DNA of 64,000 nucleotides, taken from contig JAUIER010000001.1 of NCBI GenBank assembly GCA_030429765.1, positions 65,014 through 129,013 on the forward strand. Reading direction: 5' to 3'. Shown one piece after another: positions 22,233 to 31,947 of the stretch. The position numbers were made by a program, and so were the translations under genes. Every line of letters starts with the position of its first letter. The first letter of the stretch is position 1. Below the pieces are notes generated by a model. The model did no database searches and was not told where the DNA came from. It worked only from the letters and a program-made list of their open reading frames with translations. The DNA comes from a bacterium. GTDB lineage: Bacteria > Omnitrophota > Gorgyraeia > Zapsychrales > Zapsychraceae.

Positions 22233-22906
22233 ACATATTAGCCTTGGACACATCAACCGGCAATTTAAGTTTGGCTCTCGGGGCGGATGGAGAAATCCTG
22301 TCGACGGCGAACTATCCGTTACGTCGTGAGATGGCCAAGCGGATTCTTTCCTGTATCGATGAATTCCTGGCCCAATCAAATTTATCGGTGCGAGATATTC
22401 AGGGGATGGCCGTCGGGTTGGGGCCGGGATCGTTTACGAGTCTACGGATTGGTTTATCAACGGTGAAGGGATTGGTATTTGCAGATCGTAAACCGGTGGC
22501 CGGTGTTTGCAGCCTTGATGCGGTGGCACTGGCCGTCAAAGCAAGCCATGGTTCCGTATGTGTGCTGATGGATGCCAAGCGTTCGATGGTGTACAGCGCG
22601 ATGTATGACGTGTCTGACGGTGGTTTGCGGCGGACAGGCGGTTATCGATTGGCCGGTATTGATGCCGTCCTTCAATCCGTAGAGCAGCCGACCGTTTTTA
22701 TTGGGGATGCGGTGAATTTATTCGAAAACGAGATTAAGGCGACAGGCTACGCCGAGTCGATGATTTCTGATCCCAAGTCTGTCCGTCCGCAGGCCGGGGC
22801 GGTCTTGAAATTGTCATGGGATCAATTTGAACAAGACCTCACAGATTCGGCCTCGAGTCTGGTACCTATGTATCTGTATGAAGAAGATTGTCAGGTGCGC
22901 CGATGA
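22229..22906 (+). CDS. tsaB: t6A biosynthesis protein TsaB
   Basis: LALDTST, GPGSFTSLRIG, DAKRSMVY. Confidence 0.93.
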   Translation: MNILALDTSTGNLSLALGADGEILSTANYPLRREMAKRILSCIDEFLAQSNLSVRDIQGMAVGLGPGSFTSLRIGLSTVKGLVFADRKPVAGVCSLDAVALAVKASHGSVCVLMDAKRSMVYSAMYDVSDGGLRRTGGYRLAGIDAVLQSVEQPTVFIGDAVNLFENEIKATGYAESMISDPKSVRPQAGAVLKLSWDQFEQDLTDSASSLVPMYLYEEDCQVRR

Positions 22907-24105
22907 ACGAAAAGAATTTTGATGTGGCATTACCCATGTTTTCAACCTGGTGTGATATTGACCTGGCCGCGATTACTCATAATCTGGAGCAGATCAAGAC
23001 CCTTGCCGCCAGAAATAAGTTTGTAATCCCCACGCGCGGCGAATACAAACCCGTGCATACAAGTTTGATGGGCATCCTGATGGTGATCAAGGCCGACGCG
23101 TATGGTCATGGCATGGTGGATATTGGGTTGCACCTCGATGAGTTGAATGTCGATATATTCGGCGTGTCTGATATTAATGAAGGAATGCTGCTGCGGGATC
23201 ACGGCATCAAACGTCCGATTCTTTTATTTGAAAGTACACTGCCGGAACACATCCCGTTTATCTGCGAGTATAATTTGACGCCGAGTGTTTGTTCCATTGA
23301 GTTTGCCCGGCAGCTTAATGACTGTGCCAAAACCATGGATAAGCTCATCAAGATTCACGTTGAGGTGGATACCGGAATGGGCCGGCTCGGTGTGTGGCAT
23401 GAAGACGCGCTGGATTTTGTCAAAGAGCTCAGCGGGTTTCGTCATCTGTTAACCGAGGGGATATTTACACATTTTCCCGTCGCTGATACAGATCGAAAAT
23501 TTACCGAAAATCAGATCCATCAATTATTTGAGCTGGTCTCGACACTCGACAAAAACGGATTTATTATCCCGTACGTCCATGCGTCGAACAGTATGGGATT
23601 GATCGGATACAAAACCAGTGTCCTGAATCTGTTTCGTCCGGGACTCATGCTGTATGGGCTCCATCCCAATCAGCATCATCAACCCAATCTTGATCTCAAA
23701 CCGGCATTGGCGGTGAAATCCAAAGTCATCTTTGTAAAGGAGATTACCCGGGGGAGAGGGATCAGTTATGGCCGGACATTTATCGCCAAGCGGAAGATGC
23801 GGGTCGCGACAATCCCGATCGGATACAATGACGGATACTTTCGTCAGCTCTCGAACAAAGCGGACGTGTTAATCAAAGGACAGCGTTGTCCGGTGATTGG
23901 AACGGTCACGATGGATCAGATCGTGGTGGATGTTTCCCATCTTGATGAGGTCACTATTGGTGAGTCTGTCACAGTCTTGGGGCGGGACCAGAATGAAGAG
24001 ATCAGCGCGGATGAATTAGCCGCGCACATTAAGTCGATTAATTATGAAGTGGTCTGCAATCTTGGAAATCGATTGCCGCGGGTGTACTCAGGTCAATTGA
24101 CGTAA
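22903..24105 (+). CDS. alr: Alanine racemase
   Basis: VIKADAYGHG, DTGMGRLG, RPGLMLYG, GYNDG, VTMDQ; ATGA overlap with tsaB. Confidence 0.95.
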   Translation: MNEKNFDVALPMFSTWCDIDLAAITHNLEQIKTLAARNKFVIPTRGEYKPVHTSLMGILMVIKADAYGHGMVDIGLHLDELNVDIFGVSDINEGMLLRDHGIKRPILLFESTLPEHIPFICEYNLTPSVCSIEFARQLNDCAKTMDKLIKIHVEVDTGMGRLGVWHEDALDFVKELSGFRHLLTEGIFTHFPVADTDRKFTENQIHQLFELVSTLDKNGFIIPYVHASNSMGLIGYKTSVLNLFRPGLMLYGLHPNQHHQPNLDLKPALAVKSKVIFVKEITRGRGISYGRTFIAKRKMRVATIPIGYNDGYFRQLSNKADVLIKGQRCPVIGTVTMDQIVVDVSHLDEVTIGESVTVLGRDQNEEISADELAAHIKSINYEVVCNLGNRLPRVYSGQLT

Positions 24106-25205
24106 CTGGTTTCGACGACAATATAACCGACGCAGAAAAACAGTCCGGGCGTCAACCAGGCTGACAAGGCCGGAGGCAGCAGGCCGCCTTTACCAAACGC
24201 CAAAGACACGGCGCTCAGGACATAGAACGCAAAGCTGATTCCGATCGCTATTCCCACCGACGTAAATGTCATCCCCTTCCGGCTTTTGGTCATTAACGCA
24301 AACGGCAATCCCAAAAATACAACAACGAAATTTCCGAATGGAAACGCGATCTTATGGTGAAGGTCCACGCGTAAATTATTCAGGGCCTTGGTGGCCCCGC
24401 TGTTCTTGAATCGATCGATGTATTCGTTGAGCTCACGGATATTCATCGCGGAGACCTTGATCCGCTGACGCATAAAGTCGTCGGGACCTTCCTTAATATC
24501 CATCAGTTTTTCTTTGTAAATTTTTACCTTCAAAGGTTCCGTGATGCCGCCCTCGCCGTAGGTGGTGACCTGACACTGAAAAAACTTCCAGGCAATCCCG
24601 GTCCATTTACCCTCAAGCGCGACGACCTTTTCTTTGATCGTGGCCTTGTTGTCATACTCGATGATCGTGATACCGAACAGCTCATTCTCATTGGGGTCCA
24701 TATTGTTGACATAGTACAGGCGGTTGTTCAGACCGTAAAATGTCACGTTCTTAATCTTTTCCTGCTTTTTACGCTTGCTGTCGACTTCCAGGATCAGGTT
24801 TTCATTCTCGATTTCCTTAGTGGTCTGGTAGGACTTGGGAACGTATTTTTCATTCATCCAGAAAACCAGCATCGAGACCATCAATCCGAAACACAATGCC
24901 GGGCGGGTGATCTGCCAGAAATTCAGTCCGCTGGAACGCATTACAATGATTTCGTTGCTGTTGTTGAGACTGCCGAAGGTGACAAGTACCGAGATCAGAC
25001 ACGCGATGGAGGAGGTCTGAACGAGGATCATCGGGATATACGCCAGATAGTAGCGCACGATGATATCGATGGAAACCTTACGGTCGATAAACTTGTCCAG
25101 GTTGCTGGTCACATCGATCAGGATGTACAGCAGTGAGAAAATGGCCACCATGAAGCAGAACATGGTGATGATATTTTTGGAAATATATTTATCTAAGAGA
25201 CGCAT
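24093..25205 (-). CDS. lptG: LPS export permease LptG (LptF/G family)
   Basis: 3+3 TM helices around a periplasmic domain; NEIIVMRSSG. Confidence 0.82.
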   Translation of the reverse strand: MRLLDKYISKNIITMFCFMVAIFSLLYILIDVTSNLDKFIDRKVSIDIIVRYYLAYIPMILVQTSSIACLISVLVTFGSLNNSNEIIVMRSSGLNFWQITRPALCFGLMVSMLVFWMNEKYVPKSYQTTKEIENENLILEVDSKRKKQEKIKNVTFYGLNNRLYYVNNMDPNENELFGITIIEYDNKATIKEKVVALEGKWTGIAWKFFQCQVTTYGEGGITEPLKVKIYKEKLMDIKEGPDDFMRQRIKVSAMNIRELNEYIDRFKNSGATKALNNLRVDLHHKIAFPFGNFVVVFLGLPFALMTKSRKGMTFTSVGIAIGISFAFYVLSAVSLAFGKGGLLPPALSAWLTPGLFFCVGYIVVETSYVN

Positions 25206-26278
25206 TTATAATTTAAGACTCCTGCAAATAGCCCCACAATGAGGTTGGGGGCCCACATAATTAAGGCCGGTTCGACGACCTGTTTGGTCGCCAGGGCTTC
25301 CGCCCCCAGTGTTAAGAGATAGTAGAAGGCCGCGCACAGAACGGCCAGGACAATATTGGCCGACTTTTCCCGACGGTGGGTGATAACGGCCATGGGAAAT
25401 CCCAGAATGATGAAAAACAACGGAGCAAAGGACCAGGTGATCTTCCGGTGATATTCTGAACGGATCCGGGAGTCATCCACTAGCAGTTGCTCGAGCCGGG
25501 TCATTTCGTCCTTGAGTTCGCTTAGCGTCATACTCTTGGGTTTTTTACGGATCTTTTTATTGCCGCCGGAGACATCAAGTGTCACAAATAGGGTTTCAAA
25601 GTTGATCTTGTAGAAGGACGCGGAGCCATCCAAGGCGGGTTCGTCGCTGGTCCCGTCGATGAGTTTGAGCTTGATCTTGTCGGTCCCGGGAATCGGTGTG
25701 AACTCACCCTGTTTCGCGATAATAGTACGGGTAGGACCATCGTCTTGAGGCTGATAGATCGTAATATTAAAAAATTTGTTGCCGACAATTTTATGGATAA
25801 ATAATATTTGCCCCTCGAATGAATCAATGAACATACCCGATTCCAGCAGCGCGGTCGGGTTTTTGATCCCCAGCTGTTTGAGCAGCACACGCTGGCGATG
25901 GTGCGCGTAGGGGATAACGCGGTCATTGAGCAATAGTGACACCATACTGAGCAGTAATCCCAACACCACCAGGGGGATCAGGATCCGGCCGAGTGAAATG
26001 CCGCTCGCGCGGATCGCGATGATCTCATTGTCCACCGACATCCGGCTGAACCCGATGATCACACTGATCAAACAGGCGATTGGCAGGGTGTATCCGATGA
26101 GCACCGGAAAGTACAGCAAGAAAACCTCACCGATTGTGCCAAGTGAGACACCTTTGTTGATTACCAGATTGGCGAGTCGGACCAGATTTCCAAGTAAAAA
26201 AACACTGGTAAGAACAACCAGTGAAAGCAGAAAGGGAATGAAACATTCAACCAGGATATAATTTCTCAGAATTTTCAT
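25193..26278 (-). CDS. lptF: LPS export permease LptF (LptF/G family)
   Basis: DNEIIAIRASG, same topology, tandem with its paralog. Confidence 0.82.
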   Translation of the reverse strand: MKILRNYILVECFIPFLLSLVVLTSVFLLGNLVRLANLVINKGVSLGTIGEVFLLYFPVLIGYTLPIACLISVIIGFSRMSVDNEIIAIRASGISLGRILIPLVVLGLLLSMVSLLLNDRVIPYAHHRQRVLLKQLGIKNPTALLESGMFIDSFEGQILFIHKIVGNKFFNITIYQPQDDGPTRTIIAKQGEFTPIPGTDKIKLKLIDGTSDEPALDGSASFYKINFETLFVTLDVSGGNKKIRKKPKSMTLSELKDEMTRLEQLLVDDSRIRSEYHRKITWSFAPLFFIILGFPMAVITHRREKSANIVLAVLCAAFYYLLTLGAEALATKQVVEPALIMWAPNLIVGLFAGVLNYKCVS

Positions 26279-26294
26279 ATATGAAAGCACGCGT

Positions 26295-27023
26295 TTAGGC
26301 AATGGCCAACGTGAAAACGGCCACTGTTGATGCGTCGGTCTCTTCCTTAATAATGTGTGCGGCGGCGGAAGCTGTGGCGCCGGTCGTCAGCAGATCGTCG
26401 ATTAGCAGAATATTCTTCTGATTCAGCCGTTTAGAGGATTTTATTCTAAAAGCCCCCTCAATATTTGTCCAGCGTTCTTTTCGTGAAAGCGACGTCTGAG
26501 TCGGTGTATGACGCTTTCTTACAAGAACGTTCGACAAACAGCGAATGCGCAGACGTTTTTCCAGTTCGCGCGCGAGCAGTTCGGCCTGGTTATAACCGCG
26601 TTCACGTTGTCGCGTGGCCGATAAAGGGATGGGGATCAGCCCGTCAAACTGCTGGATGTCCAGCTGATAGCGTTGGAGATATGCGCACATCATCTCGGCC
26701 ATGATGAAGCGGTAATATATTTTCTGGTGATACTTGAACCGATGGATCATGCGACGCAGGTGATCATGATACGGAGCTGCGCCCCAGGCAAAATCAAAGT
26801 GCGGATGATACTTTCGGCAATTCAGGCATCTAGGATGTTCAACCGGGGCTGAGAGCGGACGGGAACAGGTCAGACAGAAAGGCGGCCGGGATAGAGGCAG
26901 GGCCTTCGCGCAGCTGTGACATACGCCGGTGTACACCGGATTGGTCACCGGATGATGGCGGCAAATTGTGCAGATAGGGGGATAAACCAGATCAAGGAGA
27001 CCGTCCATAAATGATCTGATCAT
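26295..27023 (-). CDS. comF: ComF-family protein (double zinc ribbon plus PRTase fold)
   Basis: Four CxxC, RGYNQA, LIDDLLTTGAT. Confidence 0.9.
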   Translation of the reverse strand: MIRSFMDGLLDLVYPPICTICRHHPVTNPVYTGVCHSCAKALPLSRPPFCLTCSRPLSAPVEHPRCLNCRKYHPHFDFAWGAAPYHDHLRRMIHRFKYHQKIYYRFIMAEMMCAYLQRYQLDIQQFDGLIPIPLSATRQRERGYNQAELLARELEKRLRIRCLSNVLVRKRHTPTQTSLSRKERWTNIEGAFRIKSSKRLNQKNILLIDDLLTTGATASAAAHIIKEETDASTVAVFTLAIA

Positions 27024-27081
27024 GTTGTCATCCTAGCATTTACGGTTCTATCTGTCAAACCGGCGACCGCGGATTCTGGGC

Positions 27082-27110
27082 TTGAATCGGTCCTCGGATA
27101 ACGTTATAAT
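27082..27110 (+). promoter_or_regulatory. Probable sigma70 promoter
   Basis: TTGAAT-17 bp-TATAAT followed by an AAGGAGGAG RBS. Confidence 0.55.
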
Positions 27111-27135
27111 AACCAAAAATTAAGGAGGAGAACCC

Positions 27136-27444
27136 ATGCGAAAACTTATCATTTTTACCGTTCTGCTTATGTTGCTGTCGACCAGTGCCCATGCATTCTT
27201 GTACGAAATCAAACTCCTTACACCGCAGGAAATTGGGGAGCTAAGTGATGAAGAACTTGTTTCCGTTTACATGGAAGCCAAGATCGAGCAGACCACCAGT
27301 GCCGAGTTCCATGAAGGAGCCGGATTTTCGTCCGCCCAAGAGTACTACAAACGCAAAGACTTGCTGCGGTTTATCATCTATCTGCATCAGGAAATGCTCG
27401 AACGCGGCATTCAGGCTGATCCGATCGATGTCTGGCTGCGGTAG
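27136..27444 (+). CDS. Small exported hypothetical protein
   Basis: Strong RBS; signal peptide ending AHA. Confidence 0.75.
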   Translation: MRKLIIFTVLLMLLSTSAHAFLYEIKLLTPQEIGELSDEELVSVYMEAKIEQTTSAEFHEGAGFSSAQEYYKRKDLLRFIIYLHQEMLERGIQADPIDVWLR

Positions 27445-27483
27445 TCTAAAACTCAACGATCAACCCTCATACCAGAAAGTCCT

Positions 27484-28044
27484 ATGTTAACCAAAAGCAT
27501 ACAAGAAGAACGTCAGGATTTACTTGAACTAATCACCCGTGACGCTTATTTCCGTGAGAAGATTATTCTTTCGTCCGGAAAGGAAAGCGACTATTACATT
27601 GATGCCCGCTTGATCACCCTTAATCCGTTGGGCGCCTATTTGTGCGCGCGGCAGATTTTGATCAAGGTCGGAGATCAACCCATTGACGCCATCGGCGGCC
27701 CGACGCTGGGGGCTGATCCGATGATCGGCGCTGTGGGAGTCCTGAGCCTGCAGGCCGGCGCGCCGATCAACACATTCATCATCCGTAAAGAAGCCAAGGC
27801 CCACGGCAAAGGCAAGCAGATCGAAGGGCCGGCCCTCAAGGCCGGCGACAAGGTGGTGGTCATCGACGATGTGGCCACGACGGGAAAGGCCTTTATCCAT
27901 TCGCTGGATGTCCTGCAGAGCATGGATATCGAAGTGACACAGTGCATTTGTATTGTTGATCGGGAGGAAGGAGCGGCTGAAGCCGTCGCCGCTAAGGGTT
28001 CCCAATTGGTCTCCATATTCAAGGCTTCAGAAATTCACACGTAG
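27484..28044 (+). CDS. pyrE: Orotate phosphoribosyltransferase
   Basis: LSSGKES.YY.D, RKEAKAHG, VIDDVATTG. Confidence 0.95.
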   Translation: MLTKSIQEERQDLLELITRDAYFREKIILSSGKESDYYIDARLITLNPLGAYLCARQILIKVGDQPIDAIGGPTLGADPMIGAVGVLSLQAGAPINTFIIRKEAKAHGKGKQIEGPALKAGDKVVVIDDVATTGKAFIHSLDVLQSMDIEVTQCICIVDREEGAAEAVAAKGSQLVSIFKASEIHT

Positions 28045-28087
28045 GCTCCTACGTTATTTCAAACCACGTTTTCTTGTGACATAATTC

Positions 28088-29419
28088 ATGAAGAAAATTA
28101 TCCTCGCCTCTGGTTCGGCGCAACGAAAAAATCTTCTCAAAATGACCGGCGTGCCGTTTACCGTCTGCAAAAGCGGCTGTCCGGAAATTGAGGCAATCCA
28201 GACATCCTGCGCCAAATTAGTCAAAGACAACGCGTTGCTAAAAGCGCGCGATGTCGCCTCGCGCCATAAGTCGGGTGTGGTCATCGGTGCCGATACCGTT
28301 GTCTATACCGGGCAAAAAAATCTTGTCCTCAAACCCCGAGATCTCAAAGAAGCCAAAAAAAGTCTCAAATTATTAATGTCCCGTCCGCAATGGGTATACA
28401 CTGGTGTTGCGGTGATTGATATCGATCAAAAACGCGAGATGGTGGACTATGAAAAGACCAAGGTCTTTATGAGTCCGTTATCCGACCCTGAGATCGACCG
28501 TTATCATCAAAAGGTCCCGCCGTTTGACAAAGCCGGCGGTTTTGATATCGAAGGCGTGGGGAGCTTGTTTATTCATCGCATTGAGGGCTGTTATACCAAT
28601 GTGATCGGCCTGCCGATGGCCAAGCTCCGGGAAATGCTGAAGAAAGCGGGTGTGTCGCTGATCAGCCTTATGTGTTTGTTTTTGATAACCGGATGCACAA
28701 CGGAATATAATGTGGCGACCAATCAGCAGGAGTATTTTATTCACTCGACGGAAAAGGAAGTCAAATTAGGGGCCAGTGTCGCCAACAGTATCAACAAAAA
28801 ATATGATATGTATGGCGGTGTCGAAGAGAATCGACGCATTGAGGAAATCCTCGATCGTATCGTGGCTGTGTGCGACCGGAAGGATATTGTTTATTTTATC
28901 AAGATCATTGATCGCGATGATATCAACGCCTCAGCGCTGCCGGGCGGATATATTTACTTGTTCAAGGGGATTTTGGAGCATGCCGAGAACGACGATCAGA
29001 TCGCGGGTGTCATCGCGCATGAGGTGGCGCATATTACGGCCAAGCATGGCTTGAAGAGGTTGCAGGCGTCTTATGGGGCTTTGCTTCTGCAGATTGCCGC
29101 CGCGGAGACGCGCAGCAATGTCGGCGCCGGTGTGGATTTGGCCTTGGCCTCACTGTTCACGGAATATTCGCAGCAGGACGAACTGGAGGCGGATAAGCTC
29201 GGCGTCAAGTATATGGAGCTCGCCGGTTATGATCCCAATGAGATGATCAAGTTTTTGGAGATCATCAAAAAAGAAAATGATAAAAAGCCGTTACGGCAGT
29301 TTTCGTATTGGCGAACGCATCCGCATCTGCCGGAGCGGATCGCGAATGTAAATCAATTAATTCGAGGTGAGATGACTTACCGGGATTATATCCGGCTGAT
29401 CGATCGTGTGCATGAATAG
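28088..29419 (+). CDS. Fusion of a Maf nucleotide pyrophosphatase with a lipobox and M48 metallopeptidase
   Basis: N-half: ILASGSAQR, GADT, DKAGGF, NVIGLP. Then a hydrophobic stretch with LITGC. C-half: NASALPGG, HEVAH, ELEAD, THP...RI. Confidence 0.85.
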   Translation: MKKIILASGSAQRKNLLKMTGVPFTVCKSGCPEIEAIQTSCAKLVKDNALLKARDVASRHKSGVVIGADTVVYTGQKNLVLKPRDLKEAKKSLKLLMSRPQWVYTGVAVIDIDQKREMVDYEKTKVFMSPLSDPEIDRYHQKVPPFDKAGGFDIEGVGSLFIHRIEGCYTNVIGLPMAKLREMLKKAGVSLISLMCLFLITGCTTEYNVATNQQEYFIHSTEKEVKLGASVANSINKKYDMYGGVEENRRIEEILDRIVAVCDRKDIVYFIKIIDRDDINASALPGGYIYLFKGILEHAENDDQIAGVIAHEVAHITAKHGLKRLQASYGALLLQIAAAETRSNVGAGVDLALASLFTEYSQQDELEADKLGVKYMELAGYDPNEMIKFLEIIKKENDKKPLRQFSYWRTHPHLPERIANVNQLIRGEMTYRDYIRLIDRVHE

Positions 29420-29861
29420 ATGGTTTTATAGTTTGGTTTTATTGCTTCTGATCGTGTCGACCGGATGCGGCGCGCAGTCTCTCAAGGGAGATCATGTCTG
29501 TTTTGACCGAGATTGTTTCGCTGTCGAGGTTGTCAGTCGTATGCCCGAGCGCACGCGGGGGCTGCAGCACAGAGAGTCTCTCTCCCCGCAATCCGGGATG
29601 TTGTTTGTATTTGAGCGGTCGTGGCCGTACACCTTCTGGATGAAAGATACGCTGATTCCGTTGGATATGATCTGGATGGATTATACCCGTAAGATCGTTC
29701 ATATTGAACACGATGTTCCGCCGTGCAAGGCTGATCCATGTCCGCATTACGGTTCCAGGAATAAGGCTCTATACGTGTTGGAACTCAATGCCGGTGAGGC
29801 CAGGCAGTTTGACTTGAATATCGGTGATGTCGCGAAGTTCCATTTGGATTTTGATCAATAG
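29412..29861 (+). CDS. DUF192-family lipoprotein
   Basis: Lipobox STGC, RGLQHR, GMLF, FWMKDT.IPLD, YVLELNAG. Confidence 0.9.
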   Translation: MNRWFYSLVLLLLIVSTGCGAQSLKGDHVCFDRDCFAVEVVSRMPERTRGLQHRESLSPQSGMLFVFERSWPYTFWMKDTLIPLDMIWMDYTRKIVHIEHDVPPCKADPCPHYGSRNKALYVLELNAGEARQFDLNIGDVAKFHLDFDQ

Positions 29862-29864
29862 TCT

Positions 29865-31505
29865 ATGAAGATATCAAATAAAATTACCATGCTGGTTATC
29901 TTTTTGCTGCTGGCGATGGGGATCAATACCTTCATCGGTCTGCAGCAGTTAAAGAAGGTCAGTGTGGAGTTTCGGCGGGTGGCGCAGCGCTATATCGCCT
30001 TAACCGAGGTCGTCACCAGCATTTCCCACGATCAGCTGGAGAAGGCCGTGCTCTTTGAACGCCTTCAACGCGTCGCGGAGGAAATGGCCTTTGAAAATGT
30101 GAATGCCTCCCGTAAAATCCATTTGCTGGATCATATTGAGATTACCAAGAAAGGGTTCGACCATCTTTCCGGCAAGGTGGCCGAAAAAATTATTGAGGGT
30201 CGCCTGCTGATCGATTTGCTGTTAAGCGAGGCCAACACGGTACTTAAAGCCGATGAGATTCAGGTCATCAAGAATAACCTTTCCAGTATTGAACGCGCGC
30301 ATATCAATTATGACAAATCCGTCAATACGATGATCGATCTGATTAAATCAGAGAAGCTTGAGATTTCCTTTGAGGATATCGGCAATTTACGGCGTGAAGA
30401 TAAGCGTCTGTCCAAGGCGATCCAAGAGTTATTGACATTGGTTCAGAAGTTTACCCGCAGTTCACTCAAGACAGCCGCGCAGGCGGAGAGTGTGGCCGGC
30501 AAGATCCTTTGGAACAGTTTGATCTTCAGCGTGCTGATCGGTATTCTCGTGGCGTTTTATCTGATCAAAAGCATTTCCCGTCCGTTGAAGCGTCTGGTCA
30601 ACGCGTCACAGAAAATCGGTGAGGGAGATCTGTCGGTTAAAGTTGAATCATCTGACAATTTTGAGATCAATGAGCTCAGCCATGCGTTTAATACGATGAC
30701 CGATCAGCTTTCGGAGGCCAAGGTTCAGTTGGAAGAAAAGAACAAGGCGTTAATCAAAAACCTGAATATCGTCGAGCAGCAGAAGAAAGATCTCGAAAAG
30801 GTCAACAAGGAGCTGGATAACTTTGTCGGTACGGTGAGCCACGACGTGCGCTCGCCGTTGACGGGGATCAGCGGTTACGCGACCATCCTTGAAACGCAGT
30901 ATGCCGAGCAGCTCGACAAGCGGGCGCAGCGCTGCATTCATGGTATTTCCAAGGGAACCCGTCGGGTCAATGATATGATCGTCGACTTGCTGCAGCTAAC
31001 CAAGATATCCCGGGTTCGTAATCCGTATGAAAAAGTGAACATGGATAATCTGATTGATTCGATTGTTGACCGTCTGGAATATCGGATTAATGAACACAAT
31101 GTGACGATCAATATTGCCGACAATATGCCGGTCCTGTTCTGCGACCGGATCAAGATTGGTGAGGTATTTCATAATTTGATCAGCAATGCGATCAAGTTTT
31201 CATCCAAGCAGGATTACCCGCCGGTGTTGAACATCGGATATACGGAAAATCCCAACAGTCATGAATTTTCGGTGAAGGACAATGGGATTGGAATCGCTCC
31301 GGAGGATCAGGAGCGCGTGTTCGGATTTTTCAAACGGCTGGAGAGCGCCAAGGAATTTGAGGGGACCGGAGCCGGCTTGAGCATTGTTAAAGAGATTGTC
31401 TCGGAGCATCAAGGTCAAATCTGGATTGATTCCAAGGTGGGGGAATACACCTGTTTTTACTTTACGATCAGCAAGAATCTGTCGAATGAATCCGTTCAAG
31501 GATAG
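29865..31505 (+). CDS. Membrane sensor histidine kinase (HAMP-HisKA-HATPase)
   Basis: Two TMs, SHDVRSPL, NLISNAIKF, DNGIGI, GAGLSI. Confidence 0.93.
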   Translation: MKISNKITMLVIFLLLAMGINTFIGLQQLKKVSVEFRRVAQRYIALTEVVTSISHDQLEKAVLFERLQRVAEEMAFENVNASRKIHLLDHIEITKKGFDHLSGKVAEKIIEGRLLIDLLLSEANTVLKADEIQVIKNNLSSIERAHINYDKSVNTMIDLIKSEKLEISFEDIGNLRREDKRLSKAIQELLTLVQKFTRSSLKTAAQAESVAGKILWNSLIFSVLIGILVAFYLIKSISRPLKRLVNASQKIGEGDLSVKVESSDNFEINELSHAFNTMTDQLSEAKVQLEEKNKALIKNLNIVEQQKKDLEKVNKELDNFVGTVSHDVRSPLTGISGYATILETQYAEQLDKRAQRCIHGISKGTRRVNDMIVDLLQLTKISRVRNPYEKVNMDNLIDSIVDRLEYRINEHNVTINIADNMPVLFCDRIKIGEVFHNLISNAIKFSSKQDYPPVLNIGYTENPNSHEFSVKDNGIGIAPEDQERVFGFFKRLESAKEFEGTGAGLSIVKEIVSEHQGQIWIDSKVGEYTCFYFTISKNLSNESVQG

Positions 31506-31557
31506 GGCGGTCTGTTCATAAATATTGATTGTGGAAGCTTTTAAGGCACGGTAAAAT

Positions 31558-31944
31558 ATGGTCAAAACAAATAGATTTCTACCTGTCTGGATGATTGTCC
31601 TGGCGCTCATCATGCTGTCAGGGTGTGCTCGGACTATTCGTTATGAAGATATTTTATGGCAGGCCCAAACGGTGGACCCGTCCGATGGGATAGATGAAGG
31701 CGAGGCTGTCATCCTTGCCCAACAGTATTTGATCGAGAACAATTTTGACCAAGAACATTCGGTATACGAAATCCAAATTGTCGAGCCGCTGGAAGACGGA
31801 ATCCACTGGCTGGTCGTGTTTCGATCGGGGGTGAATCGGGGCAATAATCCCCGCCGACAATTTGATTATGTTCCGGCCCGGAATATCGTCGTCGACAAAA
31901 CGACGGGGTTTACGGAGATTGCGCTGGAGCAGCACTACGAGTAA
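31558..31944 (+). CDS. Hypothetical lipoprotein
   Basis: Lipobox LSGC. Confidence 0.7.
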   Translation: MVKTNRFLPVWMIVLALIMLSGCARTIRYEDILWQAQTVDPSDGIDEGEAVILAQQYLIENNFDQEHSVYEIQIVEPLEDGIHWLVVFRSGVNRGNNPRRQFDYVPARNIVVDKTTGFTEIALEQHYE

Positions 31945-31947
31945 GTC

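Noticed and set aside
24093-24105. 13-bp 3' overlap of the convergent alr and lptG genes
   Set aside because: Short convergent overlaps are common and there is no further evidence of a regulatory role.
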